Virus record (IMG/VR): IMGVR_UViG_3300043394_000489
Location: 1-37,552 of that record
Direction: 5' to 3' (one strand)
From: a virus
Lineage: Duplodnaviria; Caudoviricetes
DNA length: 37,552 bases
Of the stretch, positions 1-9,257 are shown in pieces. The notes beneath the pieces are model-generated. The model made no database searches and was not told where the DNA came from. It saw only the letters and a list, made by a program, of their open reading frames with translations. How positions within the stretch are numbered: the stretch's first letter is position 1; the number at the start of each line of letters is the position of its first letter. The translations under genes were made by a program, and so were the position numbers.

Positions 1-207
1 AATATAAATTTAGTAGGAGTAAGCGATACTAACAAAGAAACAGAAATTGCAAAAGAGTCTGATGTAATGCCAATGGTTGCACTAGATACAGGAGAGCTAA
101 TTTTTCACGATTACAAAGGTATGCATTGTAAATTATTAAATCACGAAGTTACGCCGAGTGCATTAATACAAAATGACATTAGTTTAGATTTAGAGGAAGA
201 GATTTAA
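1..207 (+). CDS. C-terminal fragment of the distal-tail-like protein that starts at 35860 (5' partial)
   Basis: Frame 1 is open from base 1 to TAA 205-207 (NINLVGVSDTNKETEI...YKGMHCKLL...NDISLDLEEEI), resembling the C-terminus of 35033..35863 (IQLSWTGVSDAQTQIF...LKLMHVRCL...NSIDAEFQEC); abuts the GTG at 208. Confidence 0.8.
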   Translation, partial: NINLVGVSDTNKETEIAKESDVMPMVALDTGELIFHDYKGMHCKLLNHEVTPSALIQNDISLDLEEEI

Positions 208-2586
208 GTGGTAACATCTTCTAATCTTCAAACGTGGGCTAGGGTTGATATAGTAATAAAGGATTTACAAAATCCTTCTACTTCTAAAACATTGCAATTT
301 ACAAATAGACCAGCGCAGTTAGGAGATGCAACATATCTACCATTATTAAAAAGCTATTCAGGGTTAAGTTTATCAGTTGGTCAAGACGGATTACCATCAA
401 GCGGAAATGGGACTATTACTATTAGCGATCAATGGGAAAGTTTAGGCGAGCATAGAAGAATATTTGATTATTTCGATAGATACACGCCGATAAATCAAGC
501 AGTAACAGTTTATAGAGCAATCGAGACTATAGGCGATCTTGATATGCCTTCAAGTTGGACTTTGATTTATACAGGTAAAATAGAAAGCTACACAAAAGAT
601 AAAGAGACGTTAAGTTTTAGCGTTAGTAATTCTTTAGTTGAAAGTAAAATTATAACTAAAACTATTACTGAGGATTTAGCACCTACAGGTTTTGAAGTAC
701 CTGAATCAAGTATAGGTAAATCTTTACCTTTAATATTTGGCAGCACAAATTCAATAGTACCAGCCTTATCTATAGCATATTCTGATGCTGACAAAAGCAC
801 TGCATATTATGCATATAGATCACAATTTGGCACTCAATTTGTTGAGGGTTCAGGAGATAAGGCGGTTTATGCAAAGGATCTTTTAGATCAATATGTAGAG
901 GTAAAACCTAATAGTTATTATGCCTCGACTAAATTACAAAACGGAGCTAGCGGCGCAAATACTCCCACATCTCATGGGCTAGTTGAGTTTATAGCACCTT
1001 TAGATTATGACCTTGAAGGATGCATAGTAACAGGGCTTAAATGGTGGTGTCGTGGCTTAGGTGGTGGGTTCGCAGGAACAGGAAAGATCGTTCTATCTTT
1101 ATATAGAAGGCCGATAGACGCGCCTTTATTTGGTGATGTTGTTTATCCACAAATTTGGGAAAGAATCGCCTCTATAGAGGTAAATAAATCTGATTACACA
1201 TCTAGTTTTAATGCCGGTTCTGATTTTTGGGTTTATGGAGTTTTAGAAAATCCAGTTATAATAAAAGATCATCCTGAAGATTATTCAGCAGAAAGCTATT
1301 ATACAACTAGGCCGCCATCTTATGCAGTTGGAGTATATTTAACAAACTATACAGGTTCAAGCACAACAGATGCTACATCAGGGTTAACAAATCCGTTTAC
1401 TAGCAATCAGTATTATTTATATAGAAGCAGTACAGCAGGAGATTCATCACTAGCTATAGTAACATCAGGCGGTTTGCCGTTAGTTGGAATTAATGTAGCT
1501 GATTTTACTTATACAGCAGGGTCAACAGATTCAGAGGGGTTTAGTTATAAATATTTGAGTCTTACACAAGATGCTTTAAATGACAGGAAATGTGATTTAC
1601 AGCAATTAGATTTAGCAGTTAGCGCACCAGCTATTAAAGATGATGGAAGCGGAACGATAACAGGAACGATAGATAAATTATTATATGAACCTGATGAAGT
1701 TTGTAAGTTGCTTGGGTTTACTTGGAATGGATCAACTTGGGCAGACGGTAACATTATAGATACTAGCACATACAGCGCATTAACTACCGTTTTCACATCT
1801 GGAAATTATCAAAGAAGCGTTAAAGGGTTCACAGAAGGAGATACTTCCGCTTATGACCTAATCGGCCAAATTGCTAAAGAAATGTGCTGTTTTTTAGTGC
1901 CTTTATCAAGCGGCAAACTTGCATTATGGCCTTTTGGATCTGAATTATCAGTTACTAGAGTTTTTACAGATGCGGAAATATTAGAACTTGGAAGTATTCA
2001 AGAGACAGATCCTAGCACAGTAATAAATAATATTAAGATTTCTTATAACAAAGATTATTTAAACATAAATGATCAGTGGGAAGCATCAGGCCAAGCGGCT
2101 AATAGTGGCGGTGTATTGGTCGTCAATAAATCAACTTCTGATTTTTACTCAACTTTATTAACTAATTCAGAAACTTTATACGGCAAAAGGGAATTAGAGG
2201 AATCAGGATCACAGTTTATAGGTGATGAAACATCTGCAACTACTAGGGCTTTATATTTTGCAACGAGGCATGAACATACACATAGAACTTTTAATATAAC
2301 AGTAAAATATTTTGATAATACAGATTTAAAATTGATGGATGTAATTGATGTTTTATCGGTTCATCTTCCTGCTTATTTTGGCACATCTTCAAAAGCAAGA
2401 TTGCCAACGCATGAGGGCGAGGATGTAGATATTTACAAAGGTGAATATTGCAAATCAGCGCAAAGAAGAAGATGTCAGATTATAGGATTAAATAATGATT
2501 ATGACGGAGATTTCCCAAAGCTAGTTATTACTTGCAGAGAAATTAAATCAAGGCATCCAAACGATCCAACAGCAGAAAATTTATAA
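208..2586 (+). CDS. Tail tip / baseplate hub (Tal-like) protein
   Basis: 792 aa, follows the distal-tail genes; hub-like segments (IYTGKIESY, IGKSLPLIFG, INNIKISY, SETLYGKRE, LKLMDVIDV). Confidence 0.7.
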   Translation: MVTSSNLQTWARVDIVIKDLQNPSTSKTLQFTNRPAQLGDATYLPLLKSYSGLSLSVGQDGLPSSGNGTITISDQWESLGEHRRIFDYFDRYTPINQAVTVYRAIETIGDLDMPSSWTLIYTGKIESYTKDKETLSFSVSNSLVESKIITKTITEDLAPTGFEVPESSIGKSLPLIFGSTNSIVPALSIAYSDADKSTAYYAYRSQFGTQFVEGSGDKAVYAKDLLDQYVEVKPNSYYASTKLQNGASGANTPTSHGLVEFIAPLDYDLEGCIVTGLKWWCRGLGGGFAGTGKIVLSLYRRPIDAPLFGDVVYPQIWERIASIEVNKSDYTSSFNAGSDFWVYGVLENPVIIKDHPEDYSAESYYTTRPPSYAVGVYLTNYTGSSTTDATSGLTNPFTSNQYYLYRSSTAGDSSLAIVTSGGLPLVGINVADFTYTAGSTDSEGFSYKYLSLTQDALNDRKCDLQQLDLAVSAPAIKDDGSGTITGTIDKLLYEPDEVCKLLGFTWNGSTWADGNIIDTSTYSALTTVFTSGNYQRSVKGFTEGDTSAYDLIGQIAKEMCCFLVPLSSGKLALWPFGSELSVTRVFTDAEILELGSIQETDPSTVINNIKISYNKDYLNINDQWEASGQAANSGGVLVVNKSTSDFYSTLLTNSETLYGKRELEESGSQFIGDETSATTRALYFATRHEHTHRTFNITVKYFDNTDLKLMDVIDVLSVHLPAYFGTSSKARLPTHEGEDVDIYKGEYCKSAQRRRCQIIGLNNDYDGDFPKLVITCREIKSRHPNDPTAENL

Positions 2587-2595
2587 TAGGAATTT

Positions 2596-3054
2596 ATGGC
2601 ATACGCAGACACACTTAGATCAGGAACGATAACAGCAGAGGATATAGCGGATTCGATAGAGGGGGTAATGGGAGCAAGTGGGGTGCTTGGTGCTTCGAGT
2701 TCGTGGACTCCAACATTTACAGGCTTTAGTGCAGATCCAACAAATCTAGCTTGCAGATATTGGAAAATAGGGAAAATGGTCATTTTGAATGTCAGAATGG
2801 GTTCAGCAGGGACAAGCAATTCCACAGCCTTTACTATGACTTTGCCAGCTACAGCAGCAACAATAACAAATATGCTTTGGTCTAATCACATTCCTTACGC
2901 CGTAGATAACAGCGGTGAGGTATCAACCGCATGGGCTTATATATCAAGCGGTGGTACTACAATAACTTTAAGTAAAACTGCAGGCGGTTATCCGAACTGG
3001 ACAAGCTCAGGAATTAAAAAGGCAGATTTTACCTTAATTTATGAAGCTGCATAA
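2596..3054 (+). CDS. Small tail fibre / receptor-binding-like protein
   Basis: WTPTF...RYWKIGKMVILNV...FTMTLP pattern typical of phage fibre head domains; follows the tail tip gene. Confidence 0.55.
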   Translation: MAYADTLRSGTITAEDIADSIEGVMGASGVLGASSSWTPTFTGFSADPTNLACRYWKIGKMVILNVRMGSAGTSNSTAFTMTLPATAATITNMLWSNHIPYAVDNSGEVSTAWAYISSGGTTITLSKTAGGYPNWTSSGIKKADFTLIYEAA

Positions 3055-3090
3055 AACAAATAAAAAACAATAATTTTATGAAATTTATTT

Positions 3091-3405
3091 ATGACTACAT
3101 TACTTATTATAAACGACAAACTAGACGAATTAGGATCTGAAATGAAAATACAGACATCTGCTTTAGAAAATATATCAATAAACACTAAGCGGATGGCAGC
3201 AGTATCATTAGCGGATCAGGTGGCAAGGGATCGCATATATGATAGGTTAGCAGAAGGACTTTTAAAACTTGCTAGGGTTATTTCTTGGGTTATGACTGTA
3301 GGATTTTTCTTAGTATTTGTATTGGTTATAGCGGCAGTTTATAAACAAGATTTAAATTTAGAAATAGGAGGAAATAAAATAGAAATGGGAAAGACAATAA
3401 AATGA
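3091..3405 (+). CDS. Membrane protein, possible holin/antiholin
   Basis: Coiled N-terminus plus one strong TM helix (VISWVMTVGFFLVFVLVIAAVY); ATGA-coupled to the endolysin. Confidence 0.45.
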   Translation: MTTLLIINDKLDELGSEMKIQTSALENISINTKRMAAVSLADQVARDRIYDRLAEGLLKLARVISWVMTVGFFLVFVLVIAAVYKQDLNLEIGGNKIEMGKTIK

Positions 3406-3875
3406 CAGCTATGAAACCGCAAAGTTGCGATTTATTGCTTATTTTATCTTTAATTCGACAAGAAAGTAATTTCAACAGTAAAGCAATCAGTAGGGCAGGG
3501 GCTAAAGGGTTGATGCAAATCATGCCAGCAACTTGGAATGAGTGGGCAGCGATAGCGAAAATTAGAAACGCAGATCCTTTTAATCCAGTGCATAATATTA
3601 TTATAGGTTGCTTAGAATTAAACAGACAAATTAATAATTTTGGTAAAATAGAACTTGCCTTAACAGCATATAATTGGGGGAGCGGTAATTTAAAAAAGCT
3701 AATGAGCGCAGCACAGACAGATGATTTAGAGACTTTAAAACAATTTAACAAAGTTGTGGAATCAATTAAGCCAATGCCAGAAGAGGCTAAAGAATACGCT
3801 ATGAGAATTTTTAGGCATTATAACGATCCTGAAACTTTAGACATGGTAGATGATTTTAAAAGGATTATTGAATGA
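3402..3875 (+). CDS. Lytic transglycosylase (SLT family), probable endolysin
   Basis: SLT motifs: catalytic QES (LIRQESNF), GAKGLMQIMPAT, ALTAYNWG. Confidence 0.92.
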   Translation: MTAMKPQSCDLLLILSLIRQESNFNSKAISRAGAKGLMQIMPATWNEWAAIAKIRNADPFNPVHNIIIGCLELNRQINNFGKIELALTAYNWGSGNLKKLMSAAQTDDLETLKQFNKVVESIKPMPEEAKEYAMRIFRHYNDPETLDMVDDFKRIIE

Positions 3876-4996
3876 TTAGAATTTTATTTTTATTAATACT
3901 AATTCCACAAATTGCCTTTGCACAAAGTGTAAAAGGCTATGATGTTTTAGGGCTTGCTAAATACTGCGACAGATATCTACAAGCACCAAGATTGCCAGCC
4001 GTTTCAACATTGCTTAGAACCTTTGGCGATCCTATTCCATGTTTACAAAAAGATTTAAACAGAGGCGGTAAAACAGACGTTCAAATTAATTTAAGAGATG
4101 CTACTTGTCATAGGAATAAAGTTTGTCCACCGAATACACCAAGTATAACAGACTGGAACGATATTAAAAAACTTGCATTGCAAGTAAATAAACTAGCAGT
4201 TCAATATAAAAATGTTCAATTTTGGATTAGTCCATATTTAGAGCATGATTTTAAAGATCCAAAAATAATACAGAAGGCTTGTCAAGTTTCTTTATCTGCA
4301 TGTCCTAGTTGTAGTTGTGTTAATGAGCCATTTTCAGGTACTAAAAATACAGGCTATCCTTTAGAGCTACACAACACTAAAGTTTCAGCTTGGTCGGTCT
4401 CAGGTGATGGCGCATCAATGTTTGATGGCGATAACATTAAGAACGATGGCAATAATTTTCAGCATAGAGAGGCAGGGAGTAAATTTACTTTCGGCTGGTG
4501 GAACGCTTTAAACTTAAGGTGTCAGGGAGAAAAAAACTTCACACCAATTGAGAAAAGAACAACTAGACCAACTCTAGATCATTTTCAACAAGCGTATAAA
4601 ATATTAACAACTACTGAAGACCCGATCCCTGCAGCTCCTTCTGTTTGTAAGACAGTCAGAAAAGTTCAGGGCAAAGAAATCTATAAGCCAAACGCTGAAA
4701 AATACTGCAACGGAGCACCGAACGAGAACGATTCTAGGGGAGATAAACCTTTATTAATAATAGCAAAAAAAGGCAACAAAATGCCTATTTATAGAAGTGA
4801 TGGGAAAGAGGTTGGTTGTTTTAAATACTATGGATCTTATGAAGGTAATCTTCATAGATGGTACGTCGGGAACAGCTCGGGTGAAAAACCTTTTGAGCTT
4901 TACAAAGAACTTGGCAATGAATGGGGGTTTGCTCACATGGGGGGCGGTCAATGTTTGTTGTTTAACAGTTTAAGAAGAATGGGAATTTATAGATAA
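3872..4996 (+). CDS. Secreted cysteine-rich protein of unknown function
   Basis: Signal peptide MIRILFLLILIPQIAFA; many Cys; ATGA-coupled to the SLT gene. Confidence 0.6.
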   Translation: MIRILFLLILIPQIAFAQSVKGYDVLGLAKYCDRYLQAPRLPAVSTLLRTFGDPIPCLQKDLNRGGKTDVQINLRDATCHRNKVCPPNTPSITDWNDIKKLALQVNKLAVQYKNVQFWISPYLEHDFKDPKIIQKACQVSLSACPSCSCVNEPFSGTKNTGYPLELHNTKVSAWSVSGDGASMFDGDNIKNDGNNFQHREAGSKFTFGWWNALNLRCQGEKNFTPIEKRTTRPTLDHFQQAYKILTTTEDPIPAAPSVCKTVRKVQGKEIYKPNAEKYCNGAPNENDSRGDKPLLIIAKKGNKMPIYRSDGKEVGCFKYYGSYEGNLHRWYVGNSSGEKPFELYKELGNEWGFAHMGGGQCLLFNSLRRMGIYR

Positions 4997-5006
4997 GGGG
5001 GCTTTT

Positions 5007-5234
5007 ATGTTTGAAGAAATTGATTTTTCAGCATTAGGAACAGCAATTGCGGTACTGGCCAAGAGTAATCCCGTTGCGGCGATAGCAACAGGATTAATAA
5101 CAGGCATTTTTGGTAATGCAATTTTTGGGAACAAAAAGAAAAAAGAACTAGAAGCAGAAATCGAAGAAAAAAACAGATTATTAGATATTTTATCAAACAA
5201 AGCAGGAGGAACAAATGCTAACAATACTCAATAA
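5007..5234 (+). CDS. Small membrane-associated protein (lysis region)
   Basis: Hydrophobic N-half, charged coiled C-half; AAGGGGG RBS upstream. Confidence 0.55.
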   Translation: MFEEIDFSALGTAIAVLAKSNPVAAIATGLITGIFGNAIFGNKKKKELEAEIEEKNRLLDILSNKAGGTNANNTQ

Positions 5235-5415
5235 TATATTAAGTAAACTACCGTTTAACGGTAAAAAATCAGCTATTGGATTCATAGGGTCATTAGCTTT
5301 ATATTTCTGGCCGGATTTTCCAGTACCAGAATTAGAAAAAATATTAGAATACGGAGCAAATATATATTTGCTTTTAGGTGTATTACATAAATATGTAAAA
5401 GCGAAACTTAAATAA
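5215..5415 (+). CDS. Holin-like small membrane protein
   Basis: 66 aa, NGKKS followed by two hydrophobic segments and a basic tail; AGGAGG RBS. Confidence 0.5.
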   Translation: MLTILNNILSKLPFNGKKSAIGFIGSLALYFWPDFPVPELEKILEYGANIYLLLGVLHKYVKAKLK

Positions 5416-5645
5416 TGAAAGTAGTCGATATATTAAAAAAAGATTCTGATGATTTAGTACCAAAGTTAGAAAAATTATTGGATTTAGCAAAACAAAATAG
5501 AATTAGTAATTTTGTTAGTATATACTTTGATTCAGAATCTTGCCCCTGTTACTCAATGAGTTATAGAGATAAAGACAGGTTAAAAATTGTCGGGCTCCTA
5601 GGGGTAATGATCGACTACTTCAATAAATTTTTTCAGGTAGATTAA
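5415..5645 (+). CDS. Hypothetical protein
   Basis: TAATG overlap with the previous gene; 76 aa. Confidence 0.6.
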   Translation: MKVVDILKKDSDDLVPKLEKLLDLAKQNRISNFVSIYFDSESCPCYSMSYRDKDRLKIVGLLGVMIDYFNKFFQVD

Positions 5646-5682
5646 TAACAAATTTTAATATTAAAAAACTAAAAGGCAGAAA

Positions 5683-6123
5683 ATGGCAAACTATACAGGA
5701 ACTACAAATATTTATAACACATGGGTTGAGTATATGTGCGAAGGCGCAAATCTCGGCTCTGATACTTTTATAATGGGGTTAACTACTTCAAGTTATACGC
5801 CATCTCAGACAACTCATGCACTAATAGCTGATATTACAAACGAAGTTAGCGGCAATGGTTATTCAAGGCAAACTCTCGGATCTGTAACATCAAACAGATC
5901 GGGGGCAGTCTTAACCTTTGATTTTGCTAATCCTGTTTTTACGGCATCAGGCGGATCTATTGTTGCAAGGTATTGGTTTATTTTTGACGACACTTTAGCA
6001 AGCGATCCATTGGTTGCTTATGGATTAATAGATCAGACACCAGCCGATGTTACTACAACCGATGGCAATACTCTGACTATACAAGTAAACGCATCGGGAC
6101 TATTTACTGTTACTAGAAGCTAG
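5683..6123 (+). CDS. Virion fibre-associated beta-rich protein
   Basis: EVSGNGYSRQTL...FDFANPVFTASGG...GNTLTIQVNASG pattern recalled from small phage fibre-module proteins; heads the fibre operon. Confidence 0.6.
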   Translation: MANYTGTTNIYNTWVEYMCEGANLGSDTFIMGLTTSSYTPSQTTHALIADITNEVSGNGYSRQTLGSVTSNRSGAVLTFDFANPVFTASGGSIVARYWFIFDDTLASDPLVAYGLIDQTPADVTTTDGNTLTIQVNASGLFTVTRS

Positions 6124-7979
6124 TGGCATTAACGGTAACTAGTAGAGGATCGGGCGCTAGAAATACAGGATCAGAAAGTACCTATGCCCTTTCCCCTGCC
6201 AGCAACTTTACTGCCGGAGCGATGGCGGTATTATGCGTTGCCTATGATAACTCAGGAAGTAGCGGAGCAGACCCATATAGTTCAATAGCTGATAGTCATG
6301 GGAATACTTGGACGCCGAGAATAAATTCTTTAATAGATCCGGGTGCGGCTAATGCTGGACAAGCACTTAGAATATTTACTTGTGCACAAAACGTAACGAC
6401 TCTTACTACTGGCAGCACGATCACGGTTACTTTTAGCGCGGTTACAGTTTCCAGAAGTTATACACTATACGAAATAAAGGGCAGTGTCGGAACGCCAACC
6501 TATGTGACGGGCGGTCAAGAGACAGCAGCAACCGCAACGCCTACAATAACGACGGGTAGCATAACTAATGGCTATGCTGTAATTGCAGCAATAGGCCGAG
6601 AAGGTAACGGAACAAGAACATCTGATGGAGATACAACAAACGGCACTTGGTCAAATGCTCAAAATAATGGAGTAGGTTCAACTACTGGCGGATCTGAAAT
6701 TATTTCAGAATCTAAAGTTGTCTCAGCTACAGCAACACAGACTTATAATCCAACTTTTGGTGGTACTTCAAGAGATGGTTGCGAAGCTTATATAGTAATT
6801 CGAGAAGCCGAGGATCACACAAGCACAATCACTTTAAAAGATAAAGCTCTAGACAGTTTAGCAATCAGCGCAGCTACAACAGAAACGCATAAATCAGATA
6901 TAACAATAAAAGCTATAGCGCTTGATTCACTAGTTCCTAGTGCAGCAAAAACCGAAAACGCTTTTACAAATCTTCTTTTAGCCACAACAAGTTTAAGCGC
7001 AAATGCAATAACGGCAACAACAGCCGAGGCGAGTTATTCAGATTTAGAATTAAAAGCCGTATCTGTTGATTCAATAGCAATAACAGCTTTAAAAACAGAA
7101 AACAGATTTACAAATATTCCACTAGCTTTAGTTGCAAATGCTAGTTTAAGTATTACGGCAACAAATACAGAAAATCATAAATCTGAAATTGAATTAAAAG
7201 ATAATAGTCTTAGTTCAAATCCGATTAGTGCAGCAAAAACCGAAAACGCTTTTACAAATCTTCTTTTAGCCACAACAAGTTTAAGCGCAAATGCAATAAC
7301 GGCAACAACAGCCGAGGCGAGTTATTCAGATTTAGAATTAAAAGCTATAAATCTTGATTCTTATGCTGTTACTGCGACTAAGACCGAAAATAATTTTAGC
7401 TCAATACAAAATAAAGATAATAGTTTATCAGGGGTAGTGGTAGCAGCGCAGACTACAGAGAATCATTACTCAGCAATTGAAAATAAAGATAATTCAGTAT
7501 CTAGCCTTGCTGTTAGCGCAGAGACTACAGAGGGAGCAAGTCATATATCAGCTTTACCAATAAAGCTAGTTGTATTAGATAGCTATGCGATTACAGCTTA
7601 TACAACTGAAGCGCATAAAAGTTTAATTCCGCTTCAAGTGGTTGAGCTACAAAGCTATGCAATAACAGCCGAGAACGCAGATTCTCAAGTTTGTAATATT
7701 GCAGTTTCTAGTTTTGATCTATCTTGCTTTAACATCTCAGCTTTTAACACTGAATCTAACTTTACAAATATTTCTAAAAGAGAATTAAGCTTATTAGGCT
7801 ATGCACCATCAACACCTATTGGGCAGTTATATCCAAGTGAAAATATAAGAGCTAAAAAACAGCAAACGGAATTAATAGCAGAAAGAGAAAGCGAACTTAA
7901 AGTCGATTATACTAAAATAATACAAGCAACTAAGACAAAAAACACATTTAAATCAGGGTTAAGAAAATGGACATTATAG
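6123..7979 (+). CDS. Fibre protein with N-terminal beta domain and a 24-aa repeat shaft
   Basis: About 13-14 imperfect 24-aa units from about residue 230 (HTSTITLKDKALDSLAISAATTET, HKSDITIKAIALDSLVPSAAKTEN...). Confidence 0.65.
   Translation: MALTVTSRGSGARNTGSESTYALSPASNFTAGAMAVLCVAYDNSGSSGADPYSSIADSHGNTWTPRINSLIDPGAANAGQALRIFTCAQNVTTLTTGSTITVTFSAVTVSRSYTLYEIKGSVGTPTYVTGGQETAATATPTITTGSITNGYAVIAAIGREGNGTRTSDGDTTNGTWSNAQNNGVGSTTGGSEIISESKVVSATATQTYNPTFGGTSRDGCEAYIVIREAEDHTSTITLKDKALDSLAISAATTETHKSDITIKAIALDSLVPSAAKTENAFTNLLLATTSLSANAITATTAEASYSDLELKAVSVDSIAITALKTENRFTNIPLALVANASLSITATNTENHKSEIELKDNSLSSNPISAAKTENAFTNLLLATTSLSANAITATTAEASYSDLELKAINLDSYAVTATKTENNFSSIQNKDNSLSGVVVAAQTTENHYSAIENKDNSVSSLAVSAETTEGASHISALPIKLVVLDSYAITAYTTEAHKSLIPLQVVELQSYAITAENADSQVCNIAVSSFDLSCFNISAFNTESNFTNISKRELSLLGYAPSTPIGQLYPSENIRAKKQQTELIAERESELKVDYTKIIQATKTKNTFKSGLRKWTL
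6938..7345 (+). repeat. Exact 120-bp direct repeat (6938-7057 and 7226-7345) inside the fibre gene
   Basis: Identical copies offset by 288 bp, equal to four 24-codon units. Confidence 0.9.
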
Positions 7980-8269
7980 TAAAACAGCCAGCGGAAAAAT
8001 ATAGCATTTCTATAGATTTTACGGGTAGACTGCCTACTGCTATCACAGTATCTTCTGGCACTTTAAGCGCAATTAATCAAACGACAATGCAAGAGGATAC
8101 TAATGTTTATGTTTCTAGTTCGTTAAGTACAACAACGACAACGGCAAGCACAACTATACAAAACGGCAATGATGGGACTAATTATTTATTAACTTTTACT
8201 GTAACATTAAGTGATGGTTCTATCTTGCAAGAAGACGTATTATTAAAAGTTAGAAGGGCAAGACCTTAG
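7967..8269 (+). CDS. Fibre adaptor-like protein
   Basis: KQPAEKYSISIDF...GNDGTNYLLTFTVTLSDG pattern resembles small Ig-like phage fibre adaptors; overlaps the fibre gene stop. Confidence 0.55.
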   Translation: MDIIVKQPAEKYSISIDFTGRLPTAITVSSGTLSAINQTTMQEDTNVYVSSSLSTTTTTASTTIQNGNDGTNYLLTFTVTLSDGSILQEDVLLKVRRARP

Positions 8270-8382
8270 CGAACACCGCGACACACCGAACCGCATTTTG
8301 ATTTAAGTTTCTTTTCTAGCTTTTCGGCTAATATTGAATTAGTTATAAATAGAAATAAGAATATAGCTATTATTTTATTCAT
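8266..8382 (-). CDS. 38-aa peptide with signal-peptide-like N-terminus (not in ORF track)
   Basis: MNKIIAIFLFLFITNSILAEKLEKKLKSKCGSVCRGVR; AAGGA RBS; stop overlaps the convergent stop of 7967..8269. Confidence 0.45.
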   Translation of the reverse strand: MNKIIAIFLFLFITNSILAEKLEKKLKSKCGSVCRGVR

Positions 8383-8403
8383 GTTTATAATTTCCTTTTT
8401 TAA

Positions 8404-8820
8404 TTAAAATTTAATCTCTGATACGCTGACGGTAACGGAAGAATATTCTTTTTTGTGTTTAGTCATTATTTCAAACTCATCAGACTCATTCGGCAATAAA
8501 ATATCTATAGAATTGTCAATTTCCTGATTAATAACTTGATTATTTTTATCTAGAAATTTAGCAGATATTTTCCAATATTTAATGGGTTTCTGGCTTGTAT
8601 TTTTAACTCTTCCAGTCACATGAGAATAATTTTTATCTAATTCCCATTTCCATTTTTCTTGAATTTGTAAAGAATCAAGATTATTTCCTGATAAATTCGT
8701 ATCTACACTTTTAAATCTATTACTATTTTCTGAATTAGAAAAATTAGATTTATTTTTTTTAACCGATCCTATTGTATATAAAACTAAAAAAATACATGCA
8801 AATACAACTATTTTACGCAT
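8404..8820 (-). CDS. Membrane-anchored FxLYD-like domain protein, possible superinfection-exclusion moron
   Basis: N-terminal TM helix; VTGRVKNTSQKPIKYWKISAKFLDKNNQVI...LLPNESDEFEI matches the FxLYD pattern; GAGGTG RBS. Confidence 0.7.
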   Translation of the reverse strand: MRKIVVFACIFLVLYTIGSVKKNKSNFSNSENSNRFKSVDTNLSGNNLDSLQIQEKWKWELDKNYSHVTGRVKNTSQKPIKYWKISAKFLDKNNQVINQEIDNSIDILLPNESDEFEIMTKHKKEYSSVTVSVSEIKF

Positions 8821-8885
8821 AAAACACCTCTAGGTTAAAACAATACTTAGCAGCATCCTTGCGCCTAATCAATCCATTTTAATAA

Positions 8886-8996
8886 TTTTATCGACACGAG
8901 ACCCTCAGATACCTTGCTCCACCCTATCGCATAATAGGGGCAGGCTTTCTCTATCGGGCAATTACCCGACGTTGCGAAGATCCCGTGTCCATAAAA
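8886..8996 (-). ncRNA. Candidate structured RNA (three-way junction)
   Basis: 14-bp closing stem (8893-8906 with 8976-8989) and two internal hairpins; mismatches on the + strand are G-U pairs on the - strand. Confidence 0.55.
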
Positions 8997-9015
8997 AAGC
9001 GGTCTTTCGACCGCC
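8993..9015 (-). terminator. Rho-independent terminator of the leftward lipoprotein operon
   Basis: Minus strand GGCGGTC-GAAA-GACCGC-TTTTTT just after the stop of 9024..9257. Confidence 0.85.
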
Positions 9016-9023
9016 TATGTTTG

Positions 9024-9257
9024 TTATCCTTTTTTCTTTTCTCTTGGCACATTAAAACCATCTTCAACTAATGCCTGAGCTAGCGCTTCTTTTTCCTGCT
9101 CATTTAACTGAGCTAGGTCTATTTGCACCGGCATCATGTCTTGATATTGTTTGTAACAATAATAACCGCCGACTGCCGTTAGATTTATTATAATTGTAAA
9201 CGCCAGATGACCGCAAAGCCATAAAGCGATGTTGCCTATTTCTCTTGCCTTCTCCAT
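9024..9257 (-). CDS. Single-pass membrane protein
   Basis: TM segment followed by a charged helical tail; AGGGAG RBS; followed by a terminator. Confidence 0.65.
   Translation of the reverse strand: MEKAREIGNIALWLCGHLAFTIIINLTAVGGYYCYKQYQDMMPVQIDLAQLNEQEKEALAQALVEDGFNVPREKKKG

Noticed and set aside
6938-7345. 120-bp repeat as a DGR or CRISPR-like element
   Set aside because: It is an in-frame duplication within a periodic fibre shaft, with no spacers.
8886-8996. Hammerhead ribozyme, tRNA or c-di-GMP-I riboswitch assignment
   Set aside because: CUGAGGG is not the CUGANGA core, there is no T-loop or anticodon cloverleaf, and the first hairpin lacks the GNRA tetraloop.
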